From NCBI RefSeq assembly GCF_000284455.1, contig NC_017039.1, positions 1,320,001 through 1,352,000 of the forward strand: a DNA stretch of 32,000 nt, written 5' to 3'. Position 1 is the stretch's first letter. Each line of letters opens with the position of its first letter. Positions 8,415 to 16,325 of the stretch are shown piece after piece. Origin of the DNA: Synechocystis sp. PCC 6803 substr. PCC-P (GTDB lineage Bacteria > Cyanobacteriota > Cyanobacteriia > Cyanobacteriales > Microcystaceae). The notes beneath the pieces were generated by a model that had not been told where the DNA came from, did not search any database, and saw only the letters and a list, made by a program, of their open reading frames with translations. The translations under genes were made by a program, and so were the position numbers.

Positions 8415-9017
8415 CTATTTAACCTGGGCGATCGCCTGGCGAATGGCTTCCCGCTGCTCTTGGTCATAGTTCCACCGTTGCAAAAAGGCTTCGTAGGGCC
8501 CGGGGCCGTCTAAACTCTGTTCCAACTCGGTCAATTTTTCTGGTAAGCCGGGTAGGGATAGCTCGTTGATTAAGGTCTGAGTCCGTTGGGCCACCTGCTG
8601 GGAACCCTGGGCCGCCTCCCCGTCCCCCGCTCTTTGGTGGAGAATTGCTGTGGCGGTGGCCATGGCCAGATTTTTTACCAAAAGTTCTCCTACGATCGCC
8701 GGAGAGGAACCTAGAGCGGTCATTAAGGCCGGGTTTGGTTGATCCGCCAGGGAAAAATTCTGGGCAGTGAGAAAAGTAACAAAAAATCCCCGGGCCCCGT
8801 TTTCAGTGGCGACCAAATTGGCGATCGCCGTGGTCATTTCCTGGTCAGTAAGATTATTTGCCGCAATTTCTAGCAATAATGCCTGGCTATGGGCAATGGC
8901 CTGTTCAAAGCTGAGGTCAGTGTAATTTATGGAAGCAACCATGGCATTGGGGTGAGGATTCAAGGGATGGGCGGCGGGGGAGAGGGAAAGGAGAGCGGGT
9001 AAAATCAACGGCAACAT
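8415..9017 (-). CDS. Conserved hypothetical protein, 200 aa
   Basis: Clean ATG-initiated ORF with native-looking codon usage. I recognise no motif. An alternative start is the internal Met (MVASINYTD). Probably sll1618. Confidence 0.55.
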   Translation of the reverse strand: MLPLILPALLSLSPAAHPLNPHPNAMVASINYTDLSFEQAIAHSQALLLEIAANNLTDQEMTTAIANLVATENGARGFFVTFLTAQNFSLADQPNPALMTALGSSPAIVGELLVKNLAMATATAILHQRAGDGEAAQGSQQVAQRTQTLINELSLPGLPEKLTELEQSLDGPGPYEAFLQRWNYDQEQREAIRQAIAQVK

Positions 9018-9136
9018 GGAAAATGCCTAGGGAAAATGGGAAGATTTTCTCGACTATTGTAGTCAGTGGTGCCAAGATTTACATCCGAACCGTGTCTTGC
9101 TCCCAGGGATTAATCTCTCCCCAATGAAAATAAAGT

Positions 9137-9907
9137 ATGGAATTAACAATCGGCTGGCTTTATCCCAAACTCATGAGCACCTACGGCGATCGGGGCAATG
9201 TCATTTGCATCCAACGTCGTTGTCAATGGCGGGATATCCCTGTGAAAATTCTGCCCCTGGAACAGACCAGCGAGGCGGCACTGTTTCTCCAAGCCGACTT
9301 AATTGTGGGGGGCGGGGCCCAGGATCGCCAACAGGAAATTGTCATGCGGGATTTGCAAGGATCCAAAGCAGAGGCGCTGAAAAATCAGTTAGACGATGGC
9401 ATTCCCGGAGTATTCACCTGTGGTTCTCCCCAACTGCTGGGGCATTATTACGAGCCTGCCTTAGGGCAACGCATTCAGGGTTTGGGACTGCTGGATATGG
9501 TCAGTAAACATCCAGGACCAGAAGCAAAACGCTGCATTGGTAACGTAGTGTTTGAAATTACCGCTGAACCCCTCCGGCAAGAATTACAGGCTATGACCGG
9601 GGAAACTCCCATTGTCATTGGCTTTGAAAACCATGGCGGCCGCACCTATCTCCAAACCGTTTCTCCCCTGGGTAAGGTTAAAACCGGCTATGGCAACAAC
9701 GGCGAAGATGGCTTTGAGGGGGCTTTCCACCAAAAGGCGATCGCCACTTACTCCCATGGCCCTCTGTTGCCCAAAAATCCCTTTTTAGCTGATTGGTTAA
9801 TCCGCACGGCGTTGGAGAAGAAGTATCAGGATTCGGTGCAGTTAACTCCCTTGGATGACTGCCTCGCCCAACAAGCCCGCGCCGCCATGCTCAAACGGCT
9901 AGAATAG
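9137..9907 (+). CDS. Class I glutamine amidotransferase of the GatD / CobQ-C-terminal type, 256 aa (database-style name: probable cobyric acid synthase)
   Basis: GFENHGGRTY, GYGNNGEDGFEG and TYSHGPLLPKN closely resemble the S. aureus GatD motifs as I recall them. Candidate nucleophile Cys is in FTCGSPQLLG. At 256 aa it is too short to carry a CobQ ATPase domain. Confidence 0.8.
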   Translation: MELTIGWLYPKLMSTYGDRGNVICIQRRCQWRDIPVKILPLEQTSEAALFLQADLIVGGGAQDRQQEIVMRDLQGSKAEALKNQLDDGIPGVFTCGSPQLLGHYYEPALGQRIQGLGLLDMVSKHPGPEAKRCIGNVVFEITAEPLRQELQAMTGETPIVIGFENHGGRTYLQTVSPLGKVKTGYGNNGEDGFEGAFHQKAIATYSHGPLLPKNPFLADWLIRTALEKKYQDSVQLTPLDDCLAQQARAAMLKRLE

Positions 9908-9956
9908 GAGCAATTTGATTACAAAATGTAACAAGCCCTCACCACTGGCAGAGATT

Positions 9957-11171
9957 ATGACGGACGCTCGACCACGGATTTGTATTTTAGGGGGAGGATT
10001 TGGCGGACTTTACACCGCTCTACGCCTCGGTCAACTATCCTGGGAGGGCCATACCCCACCGGAAATTGTCCTCGTCGACCAACGGGATCGGTTTTTATTT
10101 GCCCCTTTCCTCTACGAACTGGTAACAGAGGAAATGCAAACTTGGGAAATTGCCCCTCCTTTTGTAGAACTTTTAGCGGAATCGGGGGTAATTTTTCGTC
10201 AGGCGGAAGTGACCGCCATTGATTTTGACCACCAAAAAGTGTTGTTAAATGACCAGGACAAGGGCACCGAAAGTTTAGCGTTTGATCAGTTAGTCATTGC
10301 CCTGGGGGGCCAAACTCCCCTGCCAAATCTGCCGGGGCTAAAGGATTATGGTTTGGGATTCCGCACCCTGGAAGATGCCTATAAACTCAAGCAAAAATTA
10401 AAATCACTGGAACAAGCCGACGCAGAGAAAATTCGTATTGCTATTGTTGGTGGGGGCTACAGCGGGGTGGAATTAGCGGCCAAACTCGGCGATCGCCTAG
10501 GGGAACGGGGCCGCATCCGCATTATTGAGCGGGGCAAAGAAATTTTAGCCATGTCCCCGGAGTTCAATCGTCAACAGGCCCAGGCCAGTCTTTCCGCCAA
10601 GGGAATTTGGGTGGATACGGAAACCACCGTTACCGCCATCACCGCCACCGATGTCACCCTCCAGTTCCGAGAGCAGGAAGATGTAATTCCAGTGGACTTG
10701 GTGCTTTGGACTGTGGGCACCACCGTTTCTCCTTTGATTCGTAATTTAGCCCTGCCCCATAACGACCAAGGCCAGCTTAGAACCAATGCCCAACTACAGG
10801 TGGAAGGAAAAACTAACATTTTTGCCTTGGGGGACGGAGCCGAAGGTCGGGATGCTAGTGGACAATTAATTCCCACCACGGCCCAAGGAGCCTTCCAACA
10901 GACGGACTATTGTGCCTGGAACATTTGGGCTAACTTAACCGGCCGTCCCCTGCTGCCCTGTCGTTATCAACCCCTAGGGGAAATGTTGGCCCTGGGCACC
11001 GATGGCGCTGTGCTGAGTGGTTTGGGCATTAAATTAAGTGGCCCCGCCGCCTTGTTGGCTCGTCGTTTGGTCTATCTCTACCGTTTTCCCACTTGGCAAC
11101 ATCAACTGACTGTGGGCTTGAATTGGCTGACCCGCCCCCTGGGGGATTGGCTCAAAAATGAACCTTCCTGA
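9957..11171 (+). CDS. ndbB: Type 2 NADH dehydrogenase NdbB (NDC1-like), 404 aa
   Basis: Two dinucleotide folds, ICILGGGFGGLYTA and IAIVGGGYSGVELA, plus a C-terminal amphipathic region. The ATG at 9957 places the first GxGxxG about 10 residues from the N-terminus; the track's TTG at 9915 is less likely. Recognised as slr1743. Confidence 0.88.
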   Translation: MTDARPRICILGGGFGGLYTALRLGQLSWEGHTPPEIVLVDQRDRFLFAPFLYELVTEEMQTWEIAPPFVELLAESGVIFRQAEVTAIDFDHQKVLLNDQDKGTESLAFDQLVIALGGQTPLPNLPGLKDYGLGFRTLEDAYKLKQKLKSLEQADAEKIRIAIVGGGYSGVELAAKLGDRLGERGRIRIIERGKEILAMSPEFNRQQAQASLSAKGIWVDTETTVTAITATDVTLQFREQEDVIPVDLVLWTVGTTVSPLIRNLALPHNDQGQLRTNAQLQVEGKTNIFALGDGAEGRDASGQLIPTTAQGAFQQTDYCAWNIWANLTGRPLLPCRYQPLGEMLALGTDGAVLSGLGIKLSGPAALLARRLVYLYRFPTWQHQLTVGLNWLTRPLGDWLKNEPS

Positions 11172-11455
11172 GGGAAACGTCGTCTAAAAAACCTGCCTTC
11201 CCTGGCGATCGCCGAAATGGTGGCTGGGGGGAAAGGGCTGCTCGGGGCCCGAAAGGCTCTGCTTGCTTGCTTTGGGAACTGTATTGCGGTTACTATCTCC
11301 CAAGACTATACGCCACACCGTTTTGATTAATGTTCCCGTTGGCGGCGGCCCCTAACAATCCGCTGAATGGCCTATTACCACCCCCATGCCCTAGACGGGT
11401 CATCCGGGGGAAGGCAACAGGTTGGTTTAGCGGTTTATTGAGTTGAGAAGTCCCT

Positions 11456-13405
11456 ATGTCAAGATTGCCTGGTTTTGCTCTTACCTTTCTGTCGGTCTTG
11501 TTAACCAGTCTGCCAGCCATGGCGGGGCAGTTAGTTAACTGGAATTTCAATGCGTCCCAGAATCGGCTGACTTTCTACACCGATTCCCGGGTTCAGCCCA
11601 CAGCCCAACTGATCCCCAATCCCACCCGCATTGTGGTGGATTTGCCCGGTACAACCTTGAGGGGCCCCACCGTCAGGCAAGCTGGAGGGGGAAGGGTAAG
11701 GGAAATTCGCATCGGTGAACCGGATAGTTTTACCACCAGGGTGGTGATTGAACTGGATGCGGGCTACACCGTTGATCCCCAACAGGTTAAAGTCCGGGGC
11801 ATTACCCCGACTCAATGGGTGGTGGAATTACCTACCCCAGAATTGGCTCCCGCCAGCAACAATAATGCCCCTGGTCCCAATCCCGACGGATCTTCTCTGC
11901 CTACTCAGAATTTGAGTGCCGCTAACCCCCCCAGCACCGGTCAGCAGTACTTACAGGTCACTGGCAACGGACTTTTTGTGCGTCTGGATAAAAATGGCGA
12001 TAACAGTGGTATCCGCATCCAACCCAATGCTCGCCAATCCACGGTTAACTTTGAGCTCAATGGGGCGGTGCTGCCAGAAAGTTTGGTGGGGCAGTCTTTG
12101 CCCGTGGGACAATACGGTGTTGAAGAAATTAAGTTTTCCGATAATCCCAATAATCCCCGCCTTTCCCTGGCCCTGGCGGACAGTGGGGGCGGCTGGAATG
12201 CTTACTATAGTCGGGTTGGGGGAGGCGTAGTGCTGCTCCCAAAGCAGATTAGCCGGTCTGGGGGGGCTAACCCAGCGCCTGGATCGGCGGCCGTTCCGGT
12301 CAGTAACAACACTTCCAATTCTTCCCCTAGTTCTTCTGGTAATAGAAGCCCTAATGATCGCCTAGTAAGTCAGGCTTCCAACCGCAATCTCGCCAATATC
12401 ACTGCCATTGAAGTGACCAGGGATGATAGCCAATTGATCATCCGGGGCGATCGCCAAATTAATGCTAGGGGGAATTTCAATCGTTTAACCGGTAACTACG
12501 AAATTCGTTTAGACCGGGCCCAACTGTCTCCCCAGTTCCAAAGTCCAGAGTTGGCCACTGGGGGCCCCCTTTATCAGCTTAATATTAGTCAGGAAACGAA
12601 CGATTCAGTTTTAATTCTGGTCCGGCCCAACACTGGCCGTCGCTTTGGCCGTCTGTTCCGTTCTGGGGGCAGTCTTTATGCCCTGGAATTGATCTCCGAT
12701 ACCACTGCCAGTCGTCCTACGGGAAATTTACCTGCTAACAATCCACCCAGAGGGAATAGCGGGGATCAAATCTCCATTGCTGTCCAGCCCCCGCCGGCCA
12801 ATGCCACCCCCAGTTTTCCCCCGGAGTGGAGCAATCCCCCTGCCGGTAATTTACCATCCGTTCCTCGGGGAGGCCGTTTGGTGGTGGTGGATCCCGGCCA
12901 TGGAGGTAAGGATCCCGGGGCGATAGGTATCCGAGGCGTGCAAGAAAAAGATGTAGTCCTGGCTGTTTCCCAATACTTGCAACGATATTTGGAGCAACAG
13001 GGGGTCCGGGTGTTGATGACCCGCACGGGGGATTATTTCATTAGCCTCCAGGGCCGTACCGACATGGCCAACCGAGCCGGAGCGGATTTATTTGTCAGTA
13101 TTCACGCCAACTCCATGGGCATGGGCCGTCCCGATGTGAATGGTTTTGAGATTTATTACCATGGTAATGCAGGTCTATCCCAAGCAATCCATCGCAATGT
13201 GGTTAATTCCCTGAATGTGCGGGACCGCCGGGTACGCCAGGCTCGATTCTACGTTCTACGGAATTCCCGCATGCCCTCCACCCTAGTGGAAATGGGCTTT
13301 GTCACCGGCAATGAAGACAATTACAAACTTACGGATCCCAATTTTCAGCAACAGATGGCCCAGGCGATCGCCAGGGGAGTTTTGGAGTATCTGCAACAAA
13401 GGTAG
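11456..13405 (+). CDS. N-acetylmuramoyl-L-alanine amidase (AmiC-like): signal peptide, AMIN domains, Amidase_3 catalytic domain, 649 aa
   Basis: Signal peptide MSRLPGFALTFLSVLLTSLPAMA. AMIN-like LVNWNFNASQNRLTFYTD...RIVVDLPG, and a second similar module around ITAIEVTRDDSQLIIRGD. Catalytic domain VVVDPGHGGKDPGAIG...SIHANS...E(M)GF. P/S/N-rich linkers. Recognised as slr1744. Confidence 0.9.
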   Translation: MSRLPGFALTFLSVLLTSLPAMAGQLVNWNFNASQNRLTFYTDSRVQPTAQLIPNPTRIVVDLPGTTLRGPTVRQAGGGRVREIRIGEPDSFTTRVVIELDAGYTVDPQQVKVRGITPTQWVVELPTPELAPASNNNAPGPNPDGSSLPTQNLSAANPPSTGQQYLQVTGNGLFVRLDKNGDNSGIRIQPNARQSTVNFELNGAVLPESLVGQSLPVGQYGVEEIKFSDNPNNPRLSLALADSGGGWNAYYSRVGGGVVLLPKQISRSGGANPAPGSAAVPVSNNTSNSSPSSSGNRSPNDRLVSQASNRNLANITAIEVTRDDSQLIIRGDRQINARGNFNRLTGNYEIRLDRAQLSPQFQSPELATGGPLYQLNISQETNDSVLILVRPNTGRRFGRLFRSGGSLYALELISDTTASRPTGNLPANNPPRGNSGDQISIAVQPPPANATPSFPPEWSNPPAGNLPSVPRGGRLVVVDPGHGGKDPGAIGIRGVQEKDVVLAVSQYLQRYLEQQGVRVLMTRTGDYFISLQGRTDMANRAGADLFVSIHANSMGMGRPDVNGFEIYYHGNAGLSQAIHRNVVNSLNVRDRRVRQARFYVLRNSRMPSTLVEMGFVTGNEDNYKLTDPNFQQQMAQAIARGVLEYLQQR

Positions 13406-13548
13406 GACTTATTCGTCCATAGAATTCAAATTCAGAGAAACTTGACTTATATGAAGGATATGGTGACCAAAACCTATTTACTTCATCTATTATTCGTGTT
13501 TCAATGACAAGCATCTTTCCTTAATTAACAGGTATAGTTCCATACAAA

Positions 13549-14388
13549 ATGCGTGAGCCCCAGCGTAGCCGAATTGGCGTTTTTGATAGTGGTGTGGGTG
13601 GGTTAACCGTTCTACGTGAGCTGTATCGACAATTACCTAAAGAGTCAATTCTTTATTTTGGCGATACGGCACGGCTACCTTACGGCAAAAGATCCCCGCA
13701 AGTAATCCTCCAATATGTCCGGGAAATCCTTACTTGGATGGCAGCAGAGGAAGTGAAAATGGTAATCATGGCCTGCAACACCAGTTCTGCTCTGGCCCTG
13801 GAAACCGTGCAACAGGAATTCAATATGCCAATTTTGGGAGTGATTCTCCCCGGGGCCCGGGCGGCAGTGCGTCAAGGTCGGCGCATCGGTGTTATTTCTA
13901 CCCCCGCCACTGCGGCCAGCAACGCCTATCGCCATGCCATCCACGAGATCACCCCTGATGCATTGGTCTGGCAAATGGCCTGCCCAGAATTTGTGCCCCT
14001 AATTGAGCAAAACCGCCTCCATGACCCCTACACCCTAGAGGTGGCCAAGGGCTATTTACAACCCCTTCTGGATGCAGACATTGACACCCTGGTATTTGGT
14101 TGTACCCACTATCGTCATTTAACCCCCGTCTTTCAGCAGATTTTGCCTTCCCATATCCGCCTAGTAGACCCGGCCAGCCATGTGGTCAAAGCGGCCCGTC
14201 AGGAATTGGAAGTGATGGGACTGCGGAATTCGGAAATGTCCATTGCCACCCGTTTCACTGTCAGTGGCTGCCCCCAACAGTTTGCGGAGCTTTCCCACCA
14301 ATGGCTCGGTTTTACCCCCATGGTGGAAAAAATTTCCTTGCCCTGCTTGAGTTCAATTTGCCCCCAACCCTTGGAAATACGAGAGTAG
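13549..14388 (+). CDS. murI: Glutamate racemase, 279 aa
   Basis: IGVFDSGVGGLTVL, the catalytic Cys motifs MACNTSS and GCTHY, and typical MurI length. Confidence 0.93.
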   Translation: MREPQRSRIGVFDSGVGGLTVLRELYRQLPKESILYFGDTARLPYGKRSPQVILQYVREILTWMAAEEVKMVIMACNTSSALALETVQQEFNMPILGVILPGARAAVRQGRRIGVISTPATAASNAYRHAIHEITPDALVWQMACPEFVPLIEQNRLHDPYTLEVAKGYLQPLLDADIDTLVFGCTHYRHLTPVFQQILPSHIRLVDPASHVVKAARQELEVMGLRNSEMSIATRFTVSGCPQQFAELSHQWLGFTPMVEKISLPCLSSICPQPLEIRE

Positions 14389-14597
14389 AATACTAGTCAG
14401 ATTCCGGTATTCCTGCTTGCCCGATGGCTCGGGATTCCTGAACTAATAACTCCAATAACGGCGATCGCCATGCTCAACTTTTTGCGAGAGGCGGTCGTTT
14501 TTTAATGGAGCCAAAGACTGGAAATAATCGTTACAATTCTTAATAATTCACCAATGGTTATGGCTGTGCCCTGACTGAGAATCCACTAATTCTTCCT

Positions 14598-16007
14598 ATG
14601 ACCAGTTTGTTAACCTCCTCTGCCCAAGCTCCAGTTGCCAACGCTCCCTTTCCAGCAGGGGGACTAGACCAAAGCAAATTTGATTGTCGGGCCGTGTGGT
14701 ATCCCCTGGCTTACGAGGAGGATTTGGACAAACGCAAACCAACTCGTTTTACCCTGCTGGGAGAAGATTTGGTGATCTGGTGGGAAGCGAATAGTCAACA
14801 ATGGCGGGTTTACGCCGATCAATGTCCCCACCGTTTGGCCCCCCTTTCGGAAGGTAGGATTAACAAGGCTGGCCAGTTGGAATGTCCTTACCACGGTTGG
14901 ACTTTTGCGGGATCAGGGCAATGTCAAGCGATTCCTCAACAACATACCGGAGGCCAAGCCCACACCAGTAAACGGGCCTGTGTGCGTTCCCTGCCAACCC
15001 AAGTGGCTCAAGGTTTGCTCTTTGCTTTTCCTGGGGAAACTGATCAAGCAGAAAAAGTTGCCCTCCCCTTGGTGGATGTGTTGGATGGGGATCAGTCTGA
15101 ATGGGTTTGTCTCAATACTTTTCGGGATTTGCCCTACGACGCCTTTACCCTGATGGAAAATGTGTTGGATTCGAGCCATATTCCCTACACCCACCATAAA
15201 ACCGTTGGTAAACGCAGTAACGTTAGTCCGGTGGATTTGGAGATTATCCATGGCGATCGTCAGGGATTTACCGGCATTTGGGAAGAGGGACCAAGAAAAG
15301 GTACGTTGGGCAAGCAAACCACCACTTTCATTGCGCCGGGGTTGATGTGGCATGATTTAACTTCAAAGCAATTTGGTCGAACTTTAACGGTGGTTTACGC
15401 TACTCCGATTCGCCCAGGGGAGTGTCGTTTATTCGCCCGTTTTCCTTTTAAATTTCCTAGTAAGTTTCCCCGGTTAGTAATTGGTTTCACGCCCCGTTGG
15501 TATTCCCATTTAGGACAAAACCGGGTGTTGGAAGATGACCAAATTTTTCTCCATTTCCAAGAAAGATTTGTGCAGGGCAAAGGCGGATCGCCCAATTATG
15601 AAAAAGATTGTTACTTACCCACTAAAGCAGATTTGTTTGTGGCGGAATTTCACCGTTGGATTGAGCAATATCAAGTCAAACCCTTTGGGGATAGTCCGTT
15701 ACCTGATCGCCAATCGGTAGAGCAATTAATGGATCGTTACCATTCCCACACTGAACATTGCCACAGTTGCCGCAATGCCCTTGCTAACATTGAAAAAATT
15801 CAAACCGGGAGCCTCGCGATCGCCATTATCTGCTTGGTTTGCTTGCCAGTGGCTAGTTTAGGCTTAGCTCCTAATTTCGCTCTGGGATTGGGCTTGACAG
15901 TGTTGACTGGCTTAGGTTTTGCACTCTGGGCTGGTTTGGGCAAATTTAAACAATCTTTTTACCAAGGCAACCCCATTCCCCCAAGAAATATTCTTGATAA
16001 AGGCTAA
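14598..16007 (+). CDS. Rieske [2Fe-2S] non-heme iron oxygenase of the PaO/LLS1/Tic55 family, with C-terminal membrane helices, 469 aa
   Basis: Rieske site CPHRLAPLSEGR...CPYHGWTF; mononuclear iron motif ENVLDSSHIPYTHH (E-x3-D-x2-H-x4-H); family-typical CxxC (CHSC); two hydrophobic C-terminal segments. Recognised as slr1747. Confidence 0.9.
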   Translation: MTSLLTSSAQAPVANAPFPAGGLDQSKFDCRAVWYPLAYEEDLDKRKPTRFTLLGEDLVIWWEANSQQWRVYADQCPHRLAPLSEGRINKAGQLECPYHGWTFAGSGQCQAIPQQHTGGQAHTSKRACVRSLPTQVAQGLLFAFPGETDQAEKVALPLVDVLDGDQSEWVCLNTFRDLPYDAFTLMENVLDSSHIPYTHHKTVGKRSNVSPVDLEIIHGDRQGFTGIWEEGPRKGTLGKQTTTFIAPGLMWHDLTSKQFGRTLTVVYATPIRPGECRLFARFPFKFPSKFPRLVIGFTPRWYSHLGQNRVLEDDQIFLHFQERFVQGKGGSPNYEKDCYLPTKADLFVAEFHRWIEQYQVKPFGDSPLPDRQSVEQLMDRYHSHTEHCHSCRNALANIEKIQTGSLAIAIICLVCLPVASLGLAPNFALGLGLTVLTGLGFALWAGLGKFKQSFYQGNPIPPRNILDKG

Positions 16008-16118
16008 CTGCTTTTTTCTGTGATTAAAAACCTTTGCAATGGAGTATTGAGCATAATTTTATTGCCGAAAGTAAGACCATTAAACTGAATCTAAGAGCCT
16101 GTTTAAAAGCCCCCTTGA

Positions 16119-16134
16119 CCCCCAAATTTGGGGG
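16119..16134. repeat. Perfect 16-bp palindrome CCCCCAAATTTGGGGG, set within a group of C5/G6 runs
   Basis: Direct reading. C-runs at 16110-16114, 16119-16123 and 16151-16155; G6 at 16130-16135. GGGGGAC (16131-16137) is also complementary to GTCCCCC (16149-16155). Confidence 0.7.
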
Positions 16135-16325
16135 GACACTGACTGAAAGTCCCCCAGTATTGCCGGAGCCTTAGTGAGTTAATTTAGAGGATGGAATAAA
16201 ACTTTCCAAACACGTTCCAACGTCAGGGTTTGGCCAAGAATAATCGATATCTTTGTAACAACCATTACCGGTAATCCCCAAGGAAATGATTACCATTAAC
16301 AAATCGTAATATTTTCGCCGTTGCT

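Noticed and set aside
9097-9507. 136-aa plus-strand ORF overlapping the 5' half of the GatD-like gene in another frame
   Set aside because: The alternative frame (9137-9907) gives a protein with strong family motifs. The 9097 frame is R/G/P-rich with no recognisable features.
11293-11550. 85-aa minus-strand ORF spanning the amidase start region
   Set aside because: It overlaps the amidase signal-peptide coding region in antisense and has no ribosome-binding site or motif. The upstream 284-bp region is better treated as an untranslated leader or promoter.
14389-14597. Possible terminator or riboswitch between murI and the Rieske oxygenase gene (CCCGA-tggc-TCGGG hairpin at about 14421-14434; T6 run at about 14500)
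   Set aside because: The hairpin has only a 5-bp stem and no following U-tract. The T-run is not preceded by a convincing stem. I recognise no riboswitch consensus.
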